Of a DNA stretch of 13,389 bases, positions 1 through 7,675 are shown piece by piece; positions within the stretch are counted from its first letter, which is position 1, and each line of letters starts with the position of its first letter. The stretch is taken from positions 1 through 13,389 of the forward strand of contig CAVWIG010000012.1 of assembly GCA_963754945.1 (NCBI GenBank), read 5' to 3'. The stretch is from Methanotrichaceae archaeon. Lineage in GTDB: Archaea; Halobacteriota; Methanosarcinia; Methanotrichales; Methanotrichaceae. The notes under the pieces are model-generated. The model saw only the letters and a list, made by a program, of their open reading frames with translations, had not been told where the DNA came from and searched no databases. The translations under genes were made by a program, and so were the position numbers.

Positions 1-1
1 G

Positions 2-91
2 TATTATACAGAGATTAAGCACGTTCCTAATTCCGTTATCGAGGAAAAATTATCAATAAATGAAGCAAGTGTCCATCAAGGCTTCGATTAA
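2..91 (+). CDS. Possible 3' end of a gene entering from the left edge (YYTEIKHVPNSVIEEKLSINEASVHQGFD*)
   Basis: Open frame from the window edge to TAA at 89-91; no recognisable motif, and it may be chance. Confidence 0.2.
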   Translation, partial: YYTEIKHVPNSVIEEKLSINEASVHQGFD

Positions 92-92
92 C

Positions 93-108
93 AAAAACGC
101 TTTTAACT
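93..108 (+). promoter_or_regulatory. Candidate archaeal BRE-TATA promoter for the kinase operon
   Basis: Purine-rich AAAAACGC directly followed by TTTTAAC, upstream of the kinase start. Confidence 0.3.
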
Positions 109-226
109 AAAGGCAGCTATAACCTAAAATAAGGACTAATGTTTCGTACACAAGAGACATTCGTTCCCGATGATAGAGATAAGATCTTGCCGGACTTAAG
201 GAAACCCTGCGAGGGTCAATCCAATA

Positions 227-2599
227 GTGGAGAGCACGATAATGGAAGGTAGTCAGATGAGCGCTGATCAAGGCAAAAAACAAGTCGTCTCTTTCCGTAG
301 TGCTCTGATTCTCGGTGCCTTAATCGTTCTTGTTTCTATAGCATTTACTTTTCTTCTACAAGGTTATCCGGAGCTTCGCAAGAATACAAGCGATTTGTAC
401 TTTGTCTTAGTCAATTCTTTGGCTACACTTGGTTTGATCTACGGGGCGTACAATTCAAGGCAAGATAAGAACATCCGCATTGCCTGGACTGTTCTCGCAG
501 TAGCCCAAGCAAGTTATACTATCGGAGATGTTATCTGGTCTATTATCGACATAGTGACGCACCAAGTACCCTTCCCTTCGCTAGCTGACGGCCCATATCT
601 GGCGTTTTACCCCCTCTTTGCTATAGGCATCCTCCTCTTACCCAAAGAGCCCCTAAACTATGGCGAGAGGCTCAAGGTATTGCTGGATACCGGAATTGTG
701 ATGATTGCGTCCTTTATATTGTTCTGGGTTTTGTTAATTGCTCCTACTATTGAAGCTAATGTACAAGAGGCCACCATCACAATTGCTCTTGCAGTGGGTT
801 ATCCTGTAATGGACATGGTGCTGTTCTTCGCCTTGATAGAACTCTTATTTCGTAGGATCAAGTCTGTAAGTCTGAGTCCAATACTTTTCTTGGTTGCCAG
901 TACAATTACAATGATCGTTACAGAATTCGTTTTCATGAGCCAATCATTACAGGGGACATACGATTCTGGCGGCCTGATGAACACCGGCTGGATAATTGTC
1001 TACGTGTTGAATGGATTGGCTGGAGTATCGCAGGCAAATTCCGCAAAGTCTGATTCACATAAGGATAATAAACCAAAGACTATACAGTTCACCTGGCCTC
1101 TTTATATACCTTACATTTTTGCTGGGGCCACATACGTTCTTCTCATTTGGAGTTACGATCACCCGCTGCCTGTAAGCTTCTCGGCCTTGTCATGGGCAGT
1201 TGGCGGCATCATAGGCCTGATAGTAGTCCGTCAAGTCGTCGCTTTGAACGAGAACGTCAGGCTCTATGAATCAACAGTGCAGGAGAACGCCGAACGCAAA
1301 CGGGCAGAGGAGGAGATACGAAGGCTGAATGAAGAGCTTGAAAACAGAGTCACTGAACGGACAGCGCAGCTTCAGTCAACCAACCAAGAGCTGAAAATCG
1401 AGATCCAGGAGCGTAAAAAAGCTGAGGAAGCGCTGAACTCCGCTCGTGACCAGCTTCTCGCGATCATAGAATTCTTGCCTGATGCCACGTTTGTCATAGA
1501 CCAAAACAAGAAAGTGATCGCCTGGAATCGAGCTATGGAAGAGATGACTGGCGCAAATAAACAGGACATGCTGGGCAAAGGCGAGTATGCTTACAGCGTG
1601 CCATTCTACGGAGAACGAAGACCTATCCTCATAGATTTGATAGAAAGACACGATGATACAATTGAATCAAGATACCGACAACTAGTCAGAACGGAGTGGT
1701 CTATCAACGCTGAGTCCTACGCACCATCTCTTCTTAGCGGCAAGGGAGCATACGTTTGGGGGACCGCATCTTTACTTTATGATAGAGGAGGCCAGTTGGT
1801 TGGGTCTATCGAGTCGATACGTGATATCACGGAGCGAAAGTTGGCTGAAGAAGCAATACACAAAGCTCGCGATGAATTGGAACTCCGGGTGAAGGAACGG
1901 ACTGCAGAGCTTGAAGCCAAGAATTCTGAGATGGAACGTTTCATCTACACAGTCTCTCATGATCTCCGGTCACCGCTTGTAACCATTCAGGGGTTCAATG
2001 AATTTCTTAAGGGAGACATAGAAAAGGGCGATAATGAAAAGGTTAAGGCTGACCTTCGGCTGATTGAAGATGCAGTAACAAAAATGGACCGGCTCTTGAG
2101 CGAAACACTGGAGCTCTCGCGAATAGGTCGTGTAGCCAATCCGCCGGAGGACGTTCCCTTCGAAGAGATTGTCCAGGAGGCTCTGTTGCAAACCTCTCCA
2201 AGGATAAAATCCGCTGGAATAGATGTCTTGGTAGCAAATGATCTGCCCGTCGTTCGCGTAGATAAAATGAGGATAGTGGAGGCAATGGTTAATCTTATCG
2301 AGAACAGCATAAAGTATAGAGGCGAACAACAGCATCCCAGGATAGATATCGGTTATCGAACCGAAGCCGAGAAAACTGTGTTCTATGTCCGCGACAATGG
2401 GATGGGCATAGATCTGAGCCAACACGAAAAGGTCTTCGAATTATTCTACAAGGTGAATAAGAGGAGTGAGGGAACTGGCGCTGGTCTAGCTATCGTCAAG
2501 AGAATAATAGAGGTACATGGCGGTCGTATATGGATAGAATCTGAGCTTGGAAAAGGAACATCAGTGTGTTTTACCCTGCCAGTACAAAGTAATATATAA
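227..2599 (+). CDS. Membrane-bound PAS-domain sensor histidine kinase (multi-TM sensor, S-helix, PAS/PAC, HisKA, HATPase_c)
   Basis: About 340-aa hydrophobic multi-helix N-terminus. Two signalling-helix repeats (LENRVTERTAQL, LELRVKERTAEL) and PAS/PAC (IIEFLPDATFVID...IESIRDITERK). H-box VSHDLRSPL, N-box NLIENSIKY, G1 DNGMGID, F-box VFELF, G2 GTGAGLAI. The start may be the ATG at 242 or 257. Confidence 0.96.
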   Translation: MESTIMEGSQMSADQGKKQVVSFRSALILGALIVLVSIAFTFLLQGYPELRKNTSDLYFVLVNSLATLGLIYGAYNSRQDKNIRIAWTVLAVAQASYTIGDVIWSIIDIVTHQVPFPSLADGPYLAFYPLFAIGILLLPKEPLNYGERLKVLLDTGIVMIASFILFWVLLIAPTIEANVQEATITIALAVGYPVMDMVLFFALIELLFRRIKSVSLSPILFLVASTITMIVTEFVFMSQSLQGTYDSGGLMNTGWIIVYVLNGLAGVSQANSAKSDSHKDNKPKTIQFTWPLYIPYIFAGATYVLLIWSYDHPLPVSFSALSWAVGGIIGLIVVRQVVALNENVRLYESTVQENAERKRAEEEIRRLNEELENRVTERTAQLQSTNQELKIEIQERKKAEEALNSARDQLLAIIEFLPDATFVIDQNKKVIAWNRAMEEMTGANKQDMLGKGEYAYSVPFYGERRPILIDLIERHDDTIESRYRQLVRTEWSINAESYAPSLLSGKGAYVWGTASLLYDRGGQLVGSIESIRDITERKLAEEAIHKARDELELRVKERTAELEAKNSEMERFIYTVSHDLRSPLVTIQGFNEFLKGDIEKGDNEKVKADLRLIEDAVTKMDRLLSETLELSRIGRVANPPEDVPFEEIVQEALLQTSPRIKSAGIDVLVANDLPVVRVDKMRIVEAMVNLIENSIKYRGEQQHPRIDIGYRTEAEKTVFYVRDNGMGIDLSQHEKVFELFYKVNKRSEGTGAGLAIVKRIIEVHGGRIWIESELGKGTSVCFTLPVQSNI

Positions 2600-2644
2600 A
2601 TATATACAGAGTCAATCACAAAGATGCGATAGGTATCTGAGGTT

Positions 2645-3094
2645 ATGATGGGAAAAGCAGAGGTATTGCTTGTGGAGGATGACGAGACTCATGCCATGCT
2701 AATTATGAGATGCTTTGAGAGAATGGGGGTGAACAATATCCATTGGGTCAGTGATGGCGAGGAAGCATTGGACTATCTAATGCATCGCGGCAAGCATGAG
2801 GACAGAGAGGAGAACCCTCGTCCTGACTTGATACTGCTCGACCTAAGGCTTCCCAAGCGGGACGGTCACGAAGTGTTGGAAGATATAAAGAACTCCGACG
2901 ATTTGAGAACTATCCCTGTTGTAGTCCTCACGACTTCCAAGAACGAGTACGATGTGACGAAGGCATACCTCAATCACGCCAATAGTTATCTTGTAAAGCC
3001 TCTTGGGTTCGATAAATTCCAACAGATGACCGAGGATCTGGGGGTTTACTGGCTACACTGGAATCAGAGCTGCAAATTTGAGTCGAGTAGTTGA
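2645..3094 (+). CDS. Single-domain response regulator, Rcp1/RcpA-like receiver
   Basis: LLVEDD acidic pocket, PRPDLILLDLRLP phospho-Asp, IPVVVLTTS and ANSYLVKP, plus C-terminal YW. This is the pattern of the Rcp (phytochrome-associated-type) receiver subfamily. Confidence 0.95.
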   Translation: MMGKAEVLLVEDDETHAMLIMRCFERMGVNNIHWVSDGEEALDYLMHRGKHEDREENPRPDLILLDLRLPKRDGHEVLEDIKNSDDLRTIPVVVLTTSKNEYDVTKAYLNHANSYLVKPLGFDKFQQMTEDLGVYWLHWNQSCKFESSS

Positions 3095-3179
3095 ACTTGT
3101 TTGAATGCACCGAGTTATGATATGATGATAACTTACTTCGGAACGAGTCCTAAACGGACACTGGGCAATAAAAAAGGAG

Positions 3180-3941
3180 ATGTGTAGCATGAACGCTATC
3201 AATACGGAAAGCTGCAAGACTAAGACTATTCTGCTAGTAGAGGATGAAGAATCACATGCCGAAGTGATTCGCAGGGTTTTTGAGGATAGCCCAGACTGGT
3301 TGATTCACCATGTCTCTAACATGAACGATGCACTAAAATGGCTAGAGCTAAATAAGGAAAGCCCTCCAACGCTAGTCATATCCGATTATCGTCTTCCTGA
3401 TGGCAACGGACTAGAACTGGCAAAAAATGCGGAGAGCCCTGATGAGGTTGGTTTTCCATTAATCATACTCACGGGAGTGGGCTCGGAAAAATTGGCGGTG
3501 CAAACTATTAAATCGGGTGCTATGGACTATATTGTGAAGAGCGGCGAGGAGATGCGTCAACTTCCCAAGATAGCGGTTCACGTGATTCGCGAATGGGATT
3601 TGATTATGGAACGCAAAGCATCTGAGGAAGAACTAAGAAATTTCATAAATGACCTTGAAAAATCCAATTCGAATTTAGAAGAATTCATGGATAATATATC
3701 ACATGATCTGGAGATCTCTTTATCCTCTATTCAGGATTTTAGTAAGATGTTGACAGAAAAATATGCAGATAAGCTGGATGAGACCGCCTTGGATTACTTA
3801 AAGAATGTAAAGACCGCTACAGAGAAGGCCGGTAAGCTAATAGATAGCATGTTTGAGTACCTTGTTCCTATTTACTTCGATAGCTCTCTGATTAGGCTTT
3901 ACAACGCTAAATTGCATCGAAAAAGACAGAGAAACCAATAG
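3180..3941 (+). CDS. Receiver domain fused to a HisKA/DHp-like domain, lacking HATPase
   Basis: Intact REC (ILLVEDE, ISDYRLPDGNG, IILTG, YIVK), then a coiled coil (ERKASEEELR...DLEKSNSNLEEF) and degenerate H-box ISHDLEISL. It stops without N/G1/F/G2 boxes. AAGGAG precedes the start region, so the start may be the ATG at 3189. Confidence 0.88.
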   Translation: MCSMNAINTESCKTKTILLVEDEESHAEVIRRVFEDSPDWLIHHVSNMNDALKWLELNKESPPTLVISDYRLPDGNGLELAKNAESPDEVGFPLIILTGVGSEKLAVQTIKSGAMDYIVKSGEEMRQLPKIAVHVIREWDLIMERKASEEELRNFINDLEKSNSNLEEFMDNISHDLEISLSSIQDFSKMLTEKYADKLDETALDYLKNVKTATEKAGKLIDSMFEYLVPIYFDSSLIRLYNAKLHRKRQRNQ

Positions 3942-4001
3942 GTGGTTGCAGGACGACAAGATTGTTTTGTGCCAAAATATGAATCTTAATCTAGGCAAGT
4001 A

Positions 4002-4043
4002 GATCTCACTGCTCGGATGAAGCGAGGGCCGGGCATCGAGATC
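4002..4043. terminator. Stem-loop between convergent genes (possible bidirectional terminator or RNA stabiliser)
   Basis: GATCTC-ac-TGCTCGG-(12 nt)-CCGGGCA-tc-GAGATC forms a 6 bp + 7 bp stem with one G.U pair. Confidence 0.35.
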
Positions 4044-4048
4044 GAAAG

Positions 4049-4375
4049 CTAATCATTTGTCTCATTGAAGAAGAGAGACACATCCTGTAAATTAGATAAT
4101 AATCCGTTTCCTTTAGGTGTTATTTGGTAAGTGCTATCCTCTTTCTTTATCAATTCATGATTTATAAGCCAGTCAATGTAGACTCCTGCCGTTTTAAAGT
4201 TAAGGTTAGCCTGGTAGACGATTTTCGTCTTGTTGGCATCCTTTTTTTTGCATATGAGCAATATGCTTCTAATTATTTCTAATTTATCGCGCCTTATATT
4301 TATCCCTCGCTCAGCCCGAGACGTTACAACCTCATTATAAGTTACTAATCTAAGATCCTGATAAAACTTTCGCAT
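4049..4375 (-). CDS. Winged helix-turn-helix predicted transcriptional regulator (COG3432/HTH_45-like)
   Basis: RRDKLEIIRSILLIC...ANKTKIVYQANLNFKTAGVYIDWLI...YQITPKG is the typical archaeal small wHTH signature. The true start is probably near 4297. Confidence 0.88.
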   Translation of the reverse strand: MRKFYQDLRLVTYNEVVTSRAERGINIRRDKLEIIRSILLICKKKDANKTKIVYQANLNFKTAGVYIDWLINHELIKKEDSTYQITPKGNGLLSNLQDVSLFFNETND

Positions 4376-4549
4376 GTTTATGGTGATCAGAGAGAACCTT
4401 ACAATTATAATAAGCTAAAAGTAACCTTCTTTGCATATTACTTAATGTTATTCACTTTAATATTATTTATTTACTTAGATATAAAAAGTAATTTCCCGTG
4501 TCCCTTCTCGATGCCAAACCCGTATTTTATCAATTATCAGTCAAACGTT

Positions 4550-4599
4550 GCGGCGGCGGACCCCGCTGCAAGCAGGCGGGGCATGTTCCCGCCGCCGCC
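4550..4599. repeat. IS200/605 subterminal hairpin nested within an outer 10-bp GC stem
   Basis: GCGGCGGCGG (4550-4559) pairs with CCGCCGCCGC (4589-4598) and encloses CCCCGC-TGC-AA-GCA-G-GCGGGG. Confidence 0.85.
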
Positions 4600-4602
4600 A
4601 AG

Positions 4603-5056
4603 TTAATCGAATTCAAGCAAACTCATTTGCTTAAATCCTTCTTTTTCTTCCGTTGTTCCTTGCATTTCGACATAATTGCGAATTATGTCCGATAATATCC
4701 CATCACCTACCGTCCCAATATATCCCCCCATCGCTCCAAAATTCGCTGCCCCAAAGTGCTTTTTTGATTTGAGGAAATCTTTTGAAAATTTCTCTTGCGG
4801 TTATGCTTTTTATTATTTGCATAATCCTTGATGGCGAATGCTTTGGAGCTGCTCCAACGAAAATATGTATGTGATCTCCATCAGTCCCAATGGCATCAAA
4901 TACAAATTGATATCGTTCTCCCAATTCTGAGCAAATATATTTGAAATATTCAATCTTATTATTTCGAGAAAGTAATTTCTTTCTATACTTTATACATAGA
5001 ACCATGTGATACCTAATTTTGTACACGCAATGATTCGCCCTTCCTAATTTAACCAT
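4603..5056 (-). pseudogene. tnpA: IS200/IS605 Y1 transposase TnpA, frameshifted (+1 G)
   Basis: HCVYKIRYHMVLCIKYRKK, HUH motif DHIHIF, KSITAREIF and LWGSEFWSDGG. Removing one base from the G6 run (C6 at 4724-4729 on +) restores YIGTVGDGILSDIIRNYVEMQGTTEEKEGFKQMSLLEFD*, which contains the catalytic YxxxQ; the stop is at 4603-4605. Confidence 0.92.
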
Positions 5057-5099
5057 AAGCCGAATATGCAACTACCCTTAAGTCGGTTTTCATGCTCAT

Positions 5100-5119
5100 C
5101 CCCGCAGCAAGCTGCGGGG
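5100..5119. repeat. IS200/605 subterminal hairpin (perfect 9-bp inverted repeat)
   Basis: CCCCGCAGC-AA-GCTGCGGGG. Confidence 0.88.
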
Positions 5120-5704
5120 TATTCACTTAAAAATAAAGTCATCTTATTGTTTCAAATGCGGAAATAGTAGCCGCTATCGACTTCCATTAATCTTCTTTCG
5201 TTCTTTAAGTTGTATAAATAACCTTCGAACTTGCTTGGATTTTGTGTGGTCTTGATCGGTACCTTAAGCCCCAGCATTTGGCAGAGTCCTCCATAGTTTC
5301 GATGAACACAGCCCTGGCAGGCGGAGAGATCTGTGGATTATCTCTGATCTACAACGTGAAAGGATCCTAAGCTGAAATCGAGATCAGAGCTGGATAGATT
5401 TGGGGTAAGATTTGCAGAACGCCCACTAACCCGGATGCTTTTCTGCAGTAATGGTGCAAGCTTCCTTTTGCCCAGCGGTCCCTTATCGTAGCCGCCTGCA
5501 GGCATCATGAGTGGGATAACGAAAATCACACCCCCGAGATGGCCATTTCGAAGGTGAGAGATTTAGAGGTCCTGGAGACTAATATCTACTTACCTACTTA
5601 ATCTCTTTTGAATTCCAGTTACATTCACCCTGCTCACCCGGACCCTTTTATCTTAGCTCTACATGGCTCATCAAGGGGGAAGCGAGCTTGAAGGAGAGAA
5701 CATC

Positions 5705-7667
5705 GTGTGGATCTTCGACTCCTACTACAAAGGCAGCGTGGAGTTGTGGGCAAGGAAGAGAGGCCTCTACCAAGAGAGCATTGCTTATCCCCAGTTCTTC
5801 TACCTCTACCTCAAAGACCCTCATGCTTACATTGACATGATCGAGGCCCTGGAGAGCCGTTACCAGGCTCAGGAGTGCAGCTTTGATACCATCTTCGGCC
5901 CTCTGGACGGCTACAAGATCCGTGGCGACAGAAGCGTGGCCGAGAAGATCGAAAAGCAGACACGCTACGCAGCGGATCTCTACAACGTAGACGTCCGGCG
6001 CGACCAGCAATACATGGCTGAGCGGGACATGTTCCCCTGCGGTGAGATGGACGAGTCCAGGTTCTCCCCGGACTTCGATGTTCCTCTGAGCTGCCTGGAG
6101 ATCGAGGTGAAGGGCGACCCGGCCGCGGCCGCGCCAAAGAGATCTCCTGCATCGAGATCCACGGCAGACGAAAAAGAAGACTGGAGGACTCGGAGAGGAC
6201 TGTGCTCTCCGATTTCATGGAGCTGATGAAGGTCCACGATCCTGATGTGATCCTCTTCCCCTATGCTGATGTATGGACGCAGCTCATGGTTCAGCGGGCC
6301 AAGAGGTACGGCATAGATCAGAACATCAGCCGCAACGGCCACTTCCGTTCCATGGCCGCCAAGTCCTACTGGAGCTATGGCAAGGTCAACCACAAGGACG
6401 GAGCCCTGATCCCAGAGGGCCGGGTGCTTATAGACACGGCCAAGAGCTTCACCTATAGAGAGGGCGGGCTGAAAGGCGTCCTTCTGGCCTCGCGGCTCTC
6501 CGGCTTGTCCCCCAACCTGACGGCCAGGTTCACTCCTGGCACTCTAATATCCTCTTACGAAGTCTACGAGGCCCTCCATAGAGGCATTGCCGTTCCATTT
6601 CGGAAGAAGGATGCAAAGAGGCTTCGACCTTTGCCGGAGCTGAAGGCCGGGGACAAGGGCGGAATGATGTTCCAGCCCCAGCCTGGAGTCAGGGAGAAGG
6701 TCTACCAGATTGACTTTACCTCTCTTTACCCGAGCATCATAGTTAACTACAACCTCTCCCCGGAGACCATGGAGTTCCCGGAGAGGAGGGGCTTTCTGGC
6801 AGAGGTGCTGCGACCCCTGCTCGACCTACGGCGAGAGACCAAGAGGCGAAAGAAGGCCAACAAGGCAGACCAAGCTACGCCGGCCTGGATTCTGTCCTGA
6901 AGTGGATGCTCGTAACCTGCTTTGGCTACACAGGCTATCGGAACGCCAAGTTCGGAAGAATAGAGGTCCACGAGCGGATAACTTCTATCTCCAGGGAGAT
7001 CCTGCTCCAGACCAAAGAGATAGCCGAGGAGATGGGCTTCGAGGTTCTTCACGGAATAGTGGACTGCGTCTGGGTCGTTGGCGATCAGGTGATGGATCTC
7101 AAAGCAAGGATTGAGGCGGAGACTGGAATATCCACAGAGATCGATGCCTACGATTGGATAGTCTTCCTGCCCATGGAGGACGGCAGCGGAGCTTACAACA
7201 GGTACTACGGCCGGCTCTCAACCGGCAAGGTCAAGCTCAGGGGAATCCTGGCCCGACGAGGGGACACCCCTGAATACATTCGGAGGATGCAAGAGGAGAT
7301 GCTCGAGACAATAGGCCAGGCTAAAAACTGTAAAGAGCTCAGCATTCTGGGCGAAAGTGCCAGGGAGATCAAAAATAGGTACATTACCGGCCTCGGAGTA
7401 GCTGACCCAAAGGATCTGGCGATTCACCGTAGAGTGAGCCGGATCAACTATTCCCGGAGATGTGCCGAAGGCTCTGCGGTCAAGGATCTGAATATGCAGG
7501 GATTCACTATATCTCCTGGAGAAGAGATAAGCTACTTGGTCAGGGATGCGAACACCTGGGCGGTAGATACTGTGGACAAAGCATCCGATTTCGACACCAG
7601 ATATTATAGCAGGCTGCTGGACAAGGCATGGAATGAGATCTCCTTTGCCTGTAGACCGGTTAAATAA
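5705..7667 (+). pseudogene. polB2: Archaeal family-B DNA polymerase, PolB2 group, interrupted by two -1 frameshifts (~6120-6139 and ~6850-6873); true pseudogene or sequencing error
   Basis: GAAGGAG RBS precedes GTG 5705 (MWIFDSYYKG). Three consecutive ORFs join into about 654 aa. Motif A DFTSLYPSII, motif B LKWMLVTCFGYTG, altered motif C HGIVDC, YNRYYG and KLRGI are present, with degenerate Exo motifs (LEIE, DPDVILFPYAD). Confidence 0.88.
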
Positions 7668-7675
7668 TTCGGAGG

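Larger units (their letters stand above)
4540..5137. mobile_element. IS200/IS605-family insertion sequence carrying only tnpA (boundaries approximate)
   Basis: A Y1/HUH transposase is flanked by related subterminal hairpins CCCCGCTGCAAGCAGGCGGGG (4561-4581) and CCCCGCAGCAAGCTGCGGGG (5100-5119). No terminal inverted repeats or target duplication were seen, as expected for this family. Confidence 0.85.

Noticed and set aside
4014-4047. Hammerhead-like CGGATGA...GAAA in the intergenic hairpin
   Set aside because: The core should be CUGANGA, and the required three-stem arrangement is not present.
4498-4695. 65-aa plus-strand ORF
   Set aside because: It runs through the IS hairpin and is antisense to the restored tnpA C-terminus; spurious.
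5057-5137. TnpB/IscB omega-RNA system at the IS end
   Set aside because: There is no RuvC nuclease ORF or remnant, and the segment is too short to call a guide RNA scaffold.
5152-5529. Minus-strand ORF 5338..5529 continues past one TAA into a CQGC...C-containing frame ending at 5152 (possible pseudogene)
   Set aside because: No recognisable family and no clear RBS. The stop is TAA rather than the pyrrolysine TAG, so readthrough is unsupported.
6125-6132. NotI site GCGGCCGC at the first polB2 break as a cloning scar
   Set aside because: No vector or linker sequence is adjacent and the polymerase sequence continues on both sides; a local duplication explains it.
4540-7667. Transposase plus PolB as a casposon or self-synthesising element
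   Set aside because: The transposase is a self-contained IS200 TnpA with its own ends. There is no Cas1 or integrase and no terminal inverted repeats, and the polymerase is cellular PolB2-type rather than protein-primed.
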